From Octopus vulgaris (Eukaryota): a stretch of 64,000 nucleotides of DNA. A program made the position numbers and the translations under genes. Shown here in pieces: positions 1-13,009 of this stretch; positions within the stretch are counted from its first letter, which is position 1, and each line of letters opens with the position of its first letter. Below the pieces are notes generated by a model. It made no database searches, was not told the origin of the DNA, and worked only from the letters and a program-made list of their open reading frames with translations. Location of the stretch: contig OX597823.1 of NCBI GenBank assembly GCA_951406725.2, positions 72,106,001-72,170,000 of the forward strand, given 5' to 3'.

Positions 1-189
1 GTGGTTTTCACATGGCACCAACACCAGCAGCAACATCAATGCTTTTTATATGGCACCTTGATTTTAGATATTAATTCTGTTGTGGAGGGCAGATCTTCTT
101 GAGCATATATATATATATATATATATACATCATACATACATATATATAAATATATATATATATATATATGTATGTATTTATATAATATT

Positions 190-520
190 TCACTTAGGTT
201 TTGTGACACTAATAGCCTGGTAGAACTCAGTATATGTATAAGAACGAAATGTTGGACGCCTATAGAGCGGTAGTGAGTAAAAGGGACGACAAAGGAATAA
301 ATGATTGTAACATAAACTTCATTAGCTTGTAGCTGTTTCTACTATTACATGCAGCGGACTCATAATTGAATGCCTGAATAATGCCCTTTAGTGTCATCAG
401 AGCCTCGAATAAGAAGTGCAATTTATTTGGGAAAGAATTATATTTGCATATATGTAGGGATCGGCATTATCAATGAGAAAATCAACACTGACGTATACAA
501 AAAAAATTGCATGCTCAAAA
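190..520 (-). mobile_element. Short Penelope-pLTR/retrozyme-like element with degenerate hammerhead motif, between (TA)n tracts
   Basis: Minus strand 403->324 reads GCT-CTGATGA-CACTA...TAGTA-GAAACAGCTACAAGCT: intact CUGAUGA core, stem II ACUA/UAGU, palindromic AGCU loop, but no valid NUH triplet. TA-rich tracts on both sides; boundaries approximate. Confidence 0.45.
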
Positions 521-813
521 GGTAATTAGATGTATTAGTAGAAATATATGTATGTATACGTACATATATATATATATATGTGTATGTGTGTGTATGTGTG
601 TGTAAGAGGGCGCGCATGTATATATGTATATATGTTAACGGTTATATTTAATTACTTTTTTCGCTGTAGCGTGTATTCGTTACTTTTTGCATCTGTTATT
701 TAATTTTGATCATATATAAATATGAGGCTGTTTCTTTTAATTTGCGGATTTTCTATACACAAACCGAGAAGTTATCTTACGGAATAGTCGTTATTTTAAC
801 GAGATACATCTTG

Positions 814-923
814 TAATCACCCGAAGAGACACATCTACACCGTCAGATACTCCTAAACCAATTGTCAAATATCCCACCTGTGAGGGATCGATGCTAGGTG
901 GGTCGAAACAATTGTAATGATTA
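814..923 (+). ncRNA. Type I hammerhead ribozyme motif with long stem II
   Basis: Stem I TAATCA(C)/(A)TGATTA; core CCGAAGA (821-827); stem II GACACATCTA/TAGGTGGGTC (9/10 pairs); GAAAC-AATT-GTA (905-916) with palindromic ACAATTGT; AATAAA immediately downstream. Confidence 0.7.
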
Positions 924-967
924 ATAAATATTCTCGTATGTTCCATTTTCCGTCTCTCTCATTAGTC

Positions 968-1022
968 ATATATATATATATATGTATACACACACACACA
1001 TACACACACATACACACACACG

Positions 1023-1118
<96 letters not shown>

Positions 1119-1200
1119 TACACGCATTTATATATATTAATAGATAGGTAGATAGACAGACAGACAGATAGATTGATAGATCGATCGATATATGGATATG
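968..1200. repeat. Compound (TA)n/(CA)n/(GATA)n microsatellite
   Basis: Directly visible; source of several spurious ORFs. Confidence 0.95.
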
Positions 1201-1621
1201 GAAGCAAGCACGTATGTGTGTTGTATGGATAGATGGATGAATGGATGGATGGAGTAAGCTATATAATCAAGTGATCATAGAGTTCACCGGACTAGACAGG
1301 TTACGTCAAATAATCGTTCAGCGTGATCCCTTTTCCGGGCGCTTGGGATCATTTATTGGTCTGGGACACCTGAGCTATCGATAGTTTTGCACAGTGAGCC
1401 GAGAACAGAAGGTGTGATTAACGGTTGAAGTACGCGTTGATATATTTGACTTTCGGGGGCAAAAAGAAAATGACCCTGCTTTACTGTCATGTAAAATGGC
1501 TGTATTAATGCAATAAAAGTGAAGATAGTTTAAGCGACAGCTGAAGTGTGCTTTTGGCACACTAATGACCCTACACACCCGGATATATACACACAAACAT
1601 GCATACGCACATACATGTGTA

Positions 1622-1686
<65 letters not shown>

Positions 1687-1774
1687 ATGTATGTATGTAT
1701 GCATGTATGCATGTATGAATGCATGAATATAACACATGCACGCGCGCTCACACACACATACGCACACACATATA

Positions 1775-1999
1775 CGTGGCACTGTTGAAAAGTTCCTGGC
1801 TTTGTGGCTTTGGGTAAAAGAAAATGGAGGGGGATCGGTTAATTATGATTTTATTCAACATATTCCCCTCTCATATCTACACACTAATTGCAGCGATCCT
1901 TCAGTTTTTCTAAATCCTGTGAAAGAACTCGGAATGCTGAGCCTCCAAGCAGACCTTTCACGATACCCTTAAAGCTAGGAACTTTTCAGCACCACCTCA
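1775..1999. mobile_element. Tc1/mariner-type MITE (~225 bp)
   Basis: Imperfect TIRs CGTGGCACTGTTGAAAAGTTCCTGGCTT and (revcomp of right end) TGAGGTGGTGCTGAAAAGTTCCTAGCTT; TA on both sides. Confidence 0.75.
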
Positions 2000-2804
2000 T
2001 ACATACATACATGCATACATACATACATACATACATACATACATACATACATACATACATACATACATACATACATACACTTAATAAACTTAGAAATATG
2101 TGAGCTATCGTACGCACAACCCTGTAAACTGGTCATGGATGATAACTGGAGGATTCTCTATAACTTATATTAGTTACCTGTAAAAGTTCAGGAACTACTA
2201 AATGTTTGTTTCAGGATATTAGTATGTGTGTGATATAAAACTAAATTCGACATCAATTTTATTTATTTCTTTTCTCTTATAAAGATGTCTTTTAGTATTT
2301 TACAAGGACATCTACATCGAAATGATAAACAAACTTAAAGAAACTGTTTGTAAATTGAGTTTGATTAAAACAAGATCGATGTTCCCGTCCCGTAGCTTCT
2401 CATATTGCATGTAACGACTACTTTCGCATGCAACAGCAGCAGCAAAAGACAGCAAGAACAAAATCTAGCACCGTTAGTAGTAGTAGCTGTTGCAATTTCA
2501 GTGAAGAACTTCAGCAACATACCATTAACAGCAACCTAGTCTGCACTAATAACTGTTTTGTTTTGATCATAAATGCTAGTTGCACTATTAGACTGTGCTA
2601 GTGGGTTGCATGGCACTGTTAAGTAGGAACCTTATTTCGACTTTATTGATAAAAACCACTCCTATTTGTTTACTGCACAGCTTGTATTATTATAATACTC
2701 ATGACTTGCTGTAAAAGTTTCGCTGTTTTAAAAAGAATCTATCACAAATTTCAAAGTGTTAGCATTTCAAACTTATTTCATTCCGTAGCACGAGATCTTA
2801 ACAT

Positions 2805-2997
2805 ATTGGTTTCAAATTTGGGAACAAAGCCAGCAACATCGCGCCCAGTGCTCAGCTGGTACTTACTTTATCGACCTTGAAAAGGGGATAAGACGAAAAG
2901 TAGGACTGGGTGGAATTTAACTCAAAAGATGAAGCCGAACGAAAGACCGTTAAGGATTTTTCCCGGCGTGTTAACTAGTCCGCCTGCTCGCCGCCTT
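2805..2997 (-). mobile_element. tRNA-derived SINE, family B, degenerate
   Basis: Similar to the family B copies at 12642-12874 and 40911-41124 (ctggtacttactttatcgacc ... cgccgcctt). Confidence 0.7.
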
Positions 2998-3429
2998 ACG
3001 AGACTGCCATATATTAAATATATTATTACATAAATGTGATCATTATTACCGATGGCTGGCTATAGAAATACCCGGGATACTGAATGTTCTATCCATATAT
3101 CTGTGAAGCTTCACAAAGGGAGCGTGTTTCCGGGCTACATTATACATTATTTACTTGATAAAAAACTTTGAAACAAAGCAATCAAAGAAAAAGAAACATC
3201 AAAGATGGAAATTTATACATATTTCGGTGGGTAGGAGTGGGGGTATACTTTGTCTTTAGAAGTTCTTGACTGGGAAAAAGTGTGTTACTATACTTAAGAA
3301 AAAAAAAAGAAAAAGCTCACAACTTCAAAGTTAACATAGAGACAAAAAACTCTAATTGGTGACATTAGAATCTCTATTTTACAAGTTTATGAGAAAACTG
3401 ATAATGGTGATGAAGAATACAGTAATAAA

Positions 3430-3467
<38 letters not shown>

Positions 3468-3650
3468 CGACGACGACAGTGTTGGTGATGGTGGTGATAA
3501 AGATGATGGTGATGACGATAAAAATGACGATGGTTATTATGATAAATAAGTTTGTAATTATAAAGAAATATATTTATGGTTTATAATAAAAGTTTACGCG
3601 GTTTCGGAAAGGTACATGCACATATCAAAGTAAATATATGCGTCTTAGAC

Positions 3651-3734
3651 CAGTGGTTCCCAAAATTTTCACTACCATGGAACCATTTTATTAAAACAAA
3701 TTTTCCCCACAGATACCATTTAATATGTTTATCC

Positions 3735-3796
<62 letters not shown>

Positions 3797-4002
3797 AGGA
3801 TAAACATATATGAAAATCATAGCATTTTTTCCGATGGCCGATAACTGAAGAGATGGCGGCATGGATTTCCACCCTAACATCCGAAACTCGGAGTTTTATC
3901 ATGGCTACCGAATAATTGTCACATATTATATTTACAGATAAATTCCTCTATTTACATAATATCGAGGTCTCTTTCATTCTTTTGTTGTCTTACCATTTCT
4001 AT

Positions 4003-4041
<39 letters not shown>

Positions 4042-4090
4042 TTTGAATTTAGTTCACGGACACCACAGAACAACCTATGCGGACCAATAA
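3651..4090. mobile_element. hAT-type MITE remnant interrupted by (TA)n and a hammerhead element
   Basis: Left end CAGTGGTTCCCAAA is typical of hAT/Charlie-like TIRs; gttcacggac/gcggacca near 4052-4086 resemble subterminal motifs; right TIR not identified. Confidence 0.4.
3835..3906 (+). ncRNA. Type I hammerhead ribozyme motif inside a ~210-bp element (3795-4005) embedded in (TA)n
   Basis: Stem I GATAA/TTATC with distal GCC/GGC; core CTGAAGA; stem II GATG/CATC; GAAA-CTCGGAG-TT with near-palindromic ACTCGGAGT; GUU cleavage triplet. Confidence 0.75.
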
Positions 4091-4191
4091 ACATTAGCAT
4101 ATGTATATAGCTATGTAACTATCTATGCATGTATGTACAAATATATATTTGAGCATATGTATATATATACATCTGTGTCTATATGTATGTA

Positions 4192-4265
<74 letters not shown>

Positions 4266-4814
4266 TACACACACACACATGTAGATATATAATTCTAATG
4301 TATAGTTAAAATTAACTATGTATATTACTTTCAGAAAAAGGATGTTTGAGATTATCATTGGGGCGTTGAGAGAAATAAGTTTCCTCTAGTTGTGATCTCT
4401 TTCGGATTAAGTTCGAAGGCCAGCGTGCCCTATTATGCACTAAACATTTTCGGGAATGATAATTATAATACGTTTTATGTATTGTAGTTGACTCTTCTCA
4501 CAGTCTCTGTTCTGTCCCTCTCTCTTTCTCTCCAAGTCTCTCTCTTACTTGTTCTGTGTGTCTATTTCTCTCACAAACATGCGTACCTGTCCACTTTACA
4601 TATCTATCCACTGTACAAGAACCTTAAATATATGTTTTTTTAAATGCTTTAGAAAGAAACAAAGTTATGTACGGAGAAAGATATGCATCTACACTCACAC
4701 ACACACATATTCATGTAATATGCGTACATATATACATATGCAATAATACATGCAAACATGTCTATATATACACATATATATATGTACATTATACATACGC
4801 ACACACTCACACAC

Positions 4815-4846
<32 letters not shown>

Positions 4847-4849
<3 letters not shown>

Positions 4850-5249
4850 CGCAGGAGTGGCTGTGTGGTAAGTAGCTTGTTTACCAACCACATGGTTCCG
4901 GGTTCAGTCTCACTGCGTGGCACCTTGGGCAAGTGTCTTCTACTATAGCCTTCGGGCCGACCAAAGCCTTGTGAGTGGATTTGGTAGACGGAAACTGAAA
5001 GAAGCCCGTCGTATATATGTATATATACATATATGCGTGTGTGTGTTTGTGTGTCTGTGTTTGTCCCCCTAGCATTGCTTGACTACCGATGCTGGTGTGT
5101 TTATGTCCCCGTTACTTAGCGGTTCGGCAAAAGAGACCGATAGAATAAGTACTGGGCTTACAAAAGAATAAGTCCCGGGATCGATTTGCTCGATTAAAGG
5201 TGGTGCTCCAGCATGGCCGCAGTAAAAGAGTAAAGAGTAAAAGAGTAAA
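4847..5249 (+). mobile_element. tRNA-derived SINE, family A (CORE-like, internal microsatellite), full length
   Basis: A box TGGCTGTGTGG, B box GGTTCAGTCTC, CORE-like CCTTGGGCAAGT, internal (TA)/(TG) tract, AGTAAAAG tail; multiple copies in window. Confidence 0.9.
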
Positions 5250-5346
5250 TATAATATATATATATATACACGTATATATGTGTGTGTGTTTGTGCATACA
5301 TACATATATATATATGTATATATATGTAAGTATGTATATATGTATG

Positions 5347-5384
<38 letters not shown>

Positions 5385-5905
5385 CTTGTTCATACGTATT
5401 TCGTATTACTATATGGCTCGGCAACCTAGAATGATCACCTGAAGTATTGTAATCACGTCCTTCCAACCTGAATTAATAACCACCCAATAAATGCTAATTC
5501 ATAAATTAAGGTGCCGCATAAACTCCCTTTTATTAAGTATCTTTATTAAGAAACCTGAGAATAATTACAAATAACATACACCGCCTTACAAAATTAGCGC
5601 TACGACATATAATTAGTAAATTAATTAATGCGAAAAATATTGTCGATTTATTGTTATATCAACAATGGTGTTTTCGATATTTTGTCTACTTTGACTTGAT
5701 TAAATAAACTTATTGTCAAAGACTTCATAACTTTGACCTGTCCTGTCTTTCACCAGGTGTTACATTCCCTATAATTCCATTTTCCTATACATGCCGTATT
5801 TCAGAAGATAAAAGGGAATTTGGGGGGAGATTAAGCTGCTATTTTTGGAGGGCGCGTAATTATGTAGATATATACGCGATTCATACCCGTGGAGCTGGTG
5901 GTAGT

Positions 5906-5921
5906 GGTGATGATGATGATA

Positions 5922-5958
<37 letters not shown>

Positions 5959-5978
5959 CGACGATGATGATGATGGTA

Positions 5979-6056
<78 letters not shown>

Positions 6057-6075
6057 TTTATGATGATGACGATGT
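5906..6075. repeat. (ATG)n microsatellite
   Basis: Directly visible. Confidence 0.95.
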
Positions 6076-6358
6076 AGAGGATGGTGTTCATGGTGGTGAT
6101 GTCTATAGAAATGCTGGGCAGTGAAGGTTTTTGAGGTAATCATGGTGGTGGTGACGGTAGTAGTGGTGGTGGAGGTGGAATTAGGTTCTTATTCGGAATT
6201 AATTTTTGACCAGCCTGTATAATCATTACCACAGGTTGGTGTTGCGAAAATGTCCTGCGAAAATATGAGTTGTAAAATGTCCCATATAAGTTTTTTTCAA
6301 ATATGTAAACACGTGCGTGCGCACAGGCCCACACAATAACACGCACACACACACACAT

Positions 6359-6404
<46 letters not shown>

Positions 6405-6455
6405 GTATTTATAAATATCTATATCGATATGCATATATATATATAAGTTTATATA

Positions 6456-6499
<44 letters not shown>

Positions 6500-7360
6500 C
6501 CTATATATGTATTTATATATATATATATATGTGTGAGTGTATATATATACATATATATAGCATATATATATATATGCATATATATATACATATATATTAA
6601 TAATGACAACAAAAGAATGTGAGTGTGTGTATATATATATATATATGCGTTCATGCAGATATATGTATAGAACTATATATGCCTATTCAACGACAAGTCA
6701 TTTTCTGTCAAATATCACGAACCACACACACCAACACAAAAAGAAACACACACAACAAAAAAAGAAAAGACAATAAACGTAATTAATTATTTCTAACAAC
6801 GAAATGATAAAAAAAAGAAAGCAGGATTCATCTAAATTATTCACCTCTAATAGCAAAGCAAATATAAAAGAATCGAATCAATGCCAGTCAGTACACAGTC
6901 AATAAGAAAAGACAAAACTTACAATAATATCCTTGCATTTTATGAACATCTTAGAAAACAATTCCATGTCTGTGTCTTTGTTGTTTCTTGTTTTTAATCT
7001 TTTTTTTTTGTTACTTTTCTGCTTTTATTTTTATTCTAGGTGCTTTCTTTCTTGGAGTTTTCATGCACTTTTTTGCGTCTTTCTTACTAGTTTCGGAATT
7101 CTTTCTAAATTCTCTCCCCCTCTTACTCCCTCAGTTCTACTCTCCCTCTCCTATCCTTATCTAATTCTCTCTCAAACACGCACACGCCGGCTCGTACAAA
7201 GACATACATACGCATAAACATGCAACATACACATACTCACACTTTCTCTCTGCTTCTCCGTGTATTTTGGCTAATTTCGTTTGGATTTATCTTGATACTG
7301 CTGTGTCATACATACACACACACAAACACACAAACAAACACATATATATATTTGTGTATG

Positions 7361-7422
<62 letters not shown>

Positions 7423-7644
7423 CATATATAATGTATACATATATAGTATATACTTATATGTATATACATACACATGCACATACACACGCACACATATACA
7501 TACATATATGCTCAAATATACATATACACGCATATACTTATACATACACATACATACATATATAGGTGCATATACCTACACACGCATACATATATGTGTA
7601 TATCTACATATCTATATCTATATATCTATCTATCTATCAATCTA

Positions 7645-7697
<53 letters not shown>

Positions 7698-7806
7698 TAC
7701 CTTTTCTTCAAGTTTTTGAGAGTTAAGGGAATGTATTGAATAAAAAACGTTTGGTTTTGACATATACTATTTACAACAAAATATCAAAATACATATTTCG
7801 TAAATA

Positions 7807-8402
<596 letters not shown>

Positions 8403-8414
8403 TACTTTGTAATT

Positions 8415-9465
8415 TTGGTACGGGGCCTGTAATTTTAAGTGTGAGAACAATGTATTACATGAGTCTCATTGCTACAATGGTACTCATTTCATCGATCTGA
8501 GTGGATGTAAAGAAAGTCGGTCTTGGAGGAGTTTGAACTCAAATGTGATGAGTCGTGAAGAAATACCACTAAGAGGTTTGTCCGACGCAGTAACGATTAA
8601 ACTCGCTCGCTGACTTGGTAGTGAGTATAAAAATAATTCGTTCTATGTTTAGAACAAGCCAGCAGTTTTGAGGGGAGAGGGCAAGACGGTTACGTCGATA
8701 CCTGTGCACAACTTGTATTATATTTCATTGATCCAAAGAAGATGAACAGCAGATTTGAACTCTGCGTTACTCGAAGAGACGGTGTAAGGAGCTTTAACAA
8801 GAACGAGTGTAAAGAGCTACACAACAACAACAACAACAACTATAATTATGATAATAATAATAATCCTTTCTAGTACAGGCACAAGGCCTGAAATTTTGGA
8901 GGAGGGGATAAGTCGGTTTCATCGACCCCAGTACGTAACTGGTACTTATATCTTCGACCTCGGCGGGATTTAGACTCGGAACGTAGCGACAGGCGAAATA
9001 CTGCTAAGCATTTCGTCCAGCGTGCTAACGATTTTGCCAGCTCGCCACCTTAATAATAACAACAACAACAACAACAACAATAATAATAATGATAATAATA
9101 AATTCCCTGATGCAGTACCAGACAGTGGCTCTCATGGCCTCTGATTTTAACTGATTGGAAGTGTTACTATGTACATTGTTTTGTCTTGGTATAAAAGATG
9201 GACTACAGCAAATATTCTGCTCAATACCACAGATTTGCTTGTCAGTTGTTTGACCTTAACCAGTTCACCATGTCCCTTAGTGGCTGACAATACGTGCATT
9301 TCTGAGCATGAGCAGAAGTAGAGAGGGAGCATCAATTTATCAACCCCGAAAGCATGAAACGCAAAGTCGACCACTGTGGAATTTGAACTCAGTACGTATA
9401 TACGAACGGAATGCCGCTAAATATTTTGCCAAGCATGTTAACGATTCTTCCACCTCGCCGCCTTA
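8415..9465 (-). mobile_element. Cluster of about four family B SINE copies (~8415-8615, 8650-8765, 8865-9051, 9335-9465)
   Basis: Recurrent segments ggcacaaggcc, ggtacttat..atcgac, gaatttgaactc, gctcgcc.cctt; all in minus orientation. Confidence 0.75.
9105..9333 (-). mobile_element. Probable LINE/SINE 3'-region fragment
   Basis: Non-SINE-B segment within the SINE cluster; resembles a cephalopod repeat from memory only; no coding motif seen. Confidence 0.35.
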
Positions 9466-10568
9466 GTAACAACTACAACAACACGCAAAGGAGAAAAGAA
9501 AGAGCTACAATGCTAAAAATCATCCAGACAAGTTTCTGATGCTAATCAATTTTAAGAGAAAAAACAAAATGTTCAAAGAAAACTAAGTCCACGGATAAAT
9601 ATCGGTCTCGATCAAGTTTTTTCAATTGTTTCAGTTTAGTTAATTAGACTTCGATTAGTATTTTGTTTCAATGACTTTTTTACCTCCTCGAACACTGGCT
9701 AAAATACACGAAACTAATTTTCTATTATATATTTTCTTGTGTAGTAGCATAAGTATTTATTTCAAATTGGATCTTATAAATATTCTTTTATAATATTACA
9801 ACTAACATTCTATTTAACCTACTTGCATTTTCGTAATTTTCTTCTCTTTTTTTATGCTTGTCAGTGTAATATTTCGAATACGAATAGTAAATAAATAAAA
9901 CTGAAAGCACTTAGGCACTTGAGAAGTAGTTTTCCAAGTTAATTGTTATATTTATAAGCCTGTCTCGTGTATTAACAGCGCATCTACCTTATTTTCTGTA
10001 ACCTCTCATGCATTCACTTACACTTGTTCATCTTTTTCTTCTACTGCCTCATCCACCTCCCCTTCCTCTTCTTTTCATTCTCCTCTTTATCTTCCTCTCA
10101 TCAACACAATACGTATCTTGCTTTATTCCTCAGCATTTATTTCGATCTCTCTTACTGGTTCTCTCACTATCATCATGAACATTCTAAATTTCTATGTATC
10201 GTCTAAGTAAATTCAGGTTCTTTCTTTAATTAACTTACATTTAAACACAATTACACTCTAAAGTGTAAACATATGTCAACAGAAACCCATCCATTCTCTC
10301 ACACACATATATTTGTGCATGTCCGTGTGTCAGTTTGTCGCGTGCATTTCTATGTCTATATATGCTTGTCAGACTACCATTGTATTACAACAGAGAAATA
10401 CTTTCGAAAAAGGTAATATATACAGGGCTGCGCTTGAAAGTGCATAATTATCATGTGGAGGAATATAAGACACACACTGATATATACATACAAACAGTTA
10501 TACATGCATACATACATACATACATACATACATACATACATACATACATACATACATACATACATACA

Positions 10569-10602
<34 letters not shown>

Positions 10603-10642
10603 GATATAAGTGTGTGTGTAAATATAAGCATAAACATATGAG

Positions 10643-10690
<48 letters not shown>

Positions 10691-10769
10691 AGAATCAATG
10701 GCCGTTCTCGAGCCATTGGTTCATAAATCCGACGGTCCGTCGAAGGATTATTTATTTTTGCTTGGTGAA

Positions 10770-10875
10770 ATGAAGTATTTTGCTGAAGAGCAGAACGCAT
10801 TGCTGGTCCAGGAATCGAAATAACAATCTTACCATCATAAGGGCAAAACCCTAAGCACTAAGCCACGCACCTCAC
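10770..10875 (-). mobile_element. tRNA-derived SINE, family C, head fragment
   Basis: ggtccaggaatcgaaa...ccctaagcactaagccacg matches 27300-27370. Confidence 0.7.
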
Positions 10876-10952
10876 ACGCGCGTGTGCACATATACATACA
10901 TATATAAAATAATTTTAATACGAGAAGATGGAATGAACATGCTTTATTACAA

Positions 10953-11060
10953 ATCCCTACAATTGTTTTGACGCATCAGCTGGTAATTGTTGAATGTTCC
11001 ATATATTATACACGTTAATGCGATCCAACGATAGCTGCATAAATGCACGTCTTCGGGTGA
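10953..11060 (-). ncRNA. Degenerate hammerhead motif of the same type as 814-923
   Basis: Minus strand: TCAC-CCGAAGA-CGTGCAT...ATGCGTC-AAAAC-AATT-GTA-GGGA then AATAAA; GAAA is mutated to AAAA. Confidence 0.5.
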
Positions 11061-11884
11061 GTAGACTCCACAGCACTACTAGATCATCTTCAGTTTGTCT
11101 TTGTTTTAATACCCACACCATTATGATAATCTTAACATTCGACTGACGAAGAACAACAGGGAAATACAAAGACATTCAAATGAGAAAAATACCAAATTTA
11201 AATCATTGAAAATACATAAAAAATAAAGAGACAGATATGTCTCGACTTTTAGGAAAATAAACGAACGTTCTAAGATAATAACGTCGTAAAATAATAAATT
11301 TGAGCAATTACTCGCCCCTTGTGTGTATTACTCATACCAGACTTTGTCACAGTTCCTCTACAAGTATTTAAGTGAGACTATCAAATCAAGAATATTTACT
11401 TCCACGCACCCTTATACATACATTTACTTGACACTAATTTACGGACATATATCTATTTAGACAAACAGTTACACTTTTCGTTCTCATGAGTGTATATTTT
11501 GTCAAGCTACTCCACTTATAAACCTCTGAATGCACTCATATAATTTTTTTTTCTATATTTATACCCATTCATTTAGAATTTTAAGTATATACTAAAGAAA
11601 AATAAACGATATATAACGTCCTGGGAGAACATTATTAAGTTTGATCGTTCCGATCTACATAGTTCTATAAATCGTGATATGTCTATTCACGTATGATAAC
11701 GTAACAATGGAAATACATGCCATATTCATGGTAGGTCTCGCAGGTTCATATATCTCAGAACATCATGATAAAGAAAGCTATCCTATAGCTCTTACACTTT
11801 TAACCAAATACTTTTACACACATACAAATTATTATGAAATTACATAATTTAGTTAAACAACAATATAATCGTACTAATACTAAT

Positions 11885-12077
11885 TTTAAATTTTGGCACA
11901 AGGCCAGCAAGTTCAGGGGAGTTGGGGATGAGCTGATTACATCAATCTCAGCGTTCAAATGATGGTTATTTTACCGACTCCGAAAAGATGTATGGTGAAG
12001 TCGACTTCGGCGGAATTTGAACTCAGCATGAAGTATTTTGTCCGACGAGCTAACGGATTTGCTAGCTCGCTGCCTTC
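11885..12077 (-). mobile_element. Family B SINE
   Basis: ttttggcacaaggccagc...gtcgacttcggcggaatttgaactcag...gctcgctgcctt. Confidence 0.75.
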
Positions 12078-12273
12078 GTAATCATATTAATAACGATAAT
12101 GAAAATCCCTCAATTAGTACATTTTTGAGTAATCTGTAGATTGATAGAATAGCAGAAGCCAAATGTTTCCTCTAAATTCCAAAAATGAACGTTTAAGTCT
12201 ATGGTTACATGTTAGGACAATTTCATATTGCTTGTCGATAATGACATTACATAATGTAATGTATAGTGTTTCT

Positions 12274-12874
12274 TATTTCTTTACTGCCCACAAGGAGATA
12301 CACACAGAGGGGACAAACAAGGACAGACAAACGGATTAAGTCAATTATATCGACCCCGGTGCGCAACTAGTACTTATTTAATCGACCCCGAAAGGATGAA
12401 AGGCAAAGTCGATCTCAGCGGAATTTGAGCTCAGAACATAGCAGCAGACAAAATACATATTTCTTTACTACCCACAAGAGGCTAAACACAGAGAGGACAA
12501 ACAAGGACAGACAAACGGATTAAGTCGATTATATCGACCCCTGTGCGTAACTGGTACTTATTTAATCGACCCCGAAAGGATGAAAGGCAAAGTCGACCTC
12601 GGCAGAATTTGAACTAAGAACGTAACGGCAGACGAAATACCTATTTCTTTACTACCAACAAGGGGCTAAACACAGGGAGGACAAACAAGGACAGACAAAC
12701 GAATTAAGTCGATTATATCGACCCCAGTGCGTAACTGGTACTTATTTAATCGACCCCGAAAGGATGAAAGGCAAAGTCGACCTCGGCGGAATTTGAACTC
12801 AGAACGTAACGGCAGACGAAATACCGCTAAGCATTTCACCCGGCATGATAACGTTTCTGCCAGCTCACTGCCTT
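12274..12874 (-). mobile_element. Family B SINE head-to-tail trimer (184-bp period) with 23-bp TSD
   Basis: Units start at 12274, 12458 and 12642 on the + strand; only the last carries the A-box head. Flanking direct repeats at 12252-12274 and 12875-12897 (21/23). GCCTTTCATCCTTTCGGGGTCGAT resembles the Deu/Nin SINE domain. Confidence 0.9.
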
Positions 12875-13009
12875 TAATGTAATATATAGAGTTTCTTCTG
12901 AGCTTTTGAGTATGTATTATATATGTGGTATCGAGAGTAAATTTTCAGCCTCTATACCTCTCTGATACCATAGATTTCTACCGTTCAATATCAAAATCTT
13001 TTTCTTTAA

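Noticed and set aside
4847-4915. SINE heads as tRNA genes
   Set aside because: A/B boxes are present but there is no complete cloverleaf, and they continue into SINE bodies.
12274-12874. CRISPR-like or iteron array
   Set aside because: Contiguous 184-bp SINE units with no unique spacers; eukaryotic context, no cas genes.
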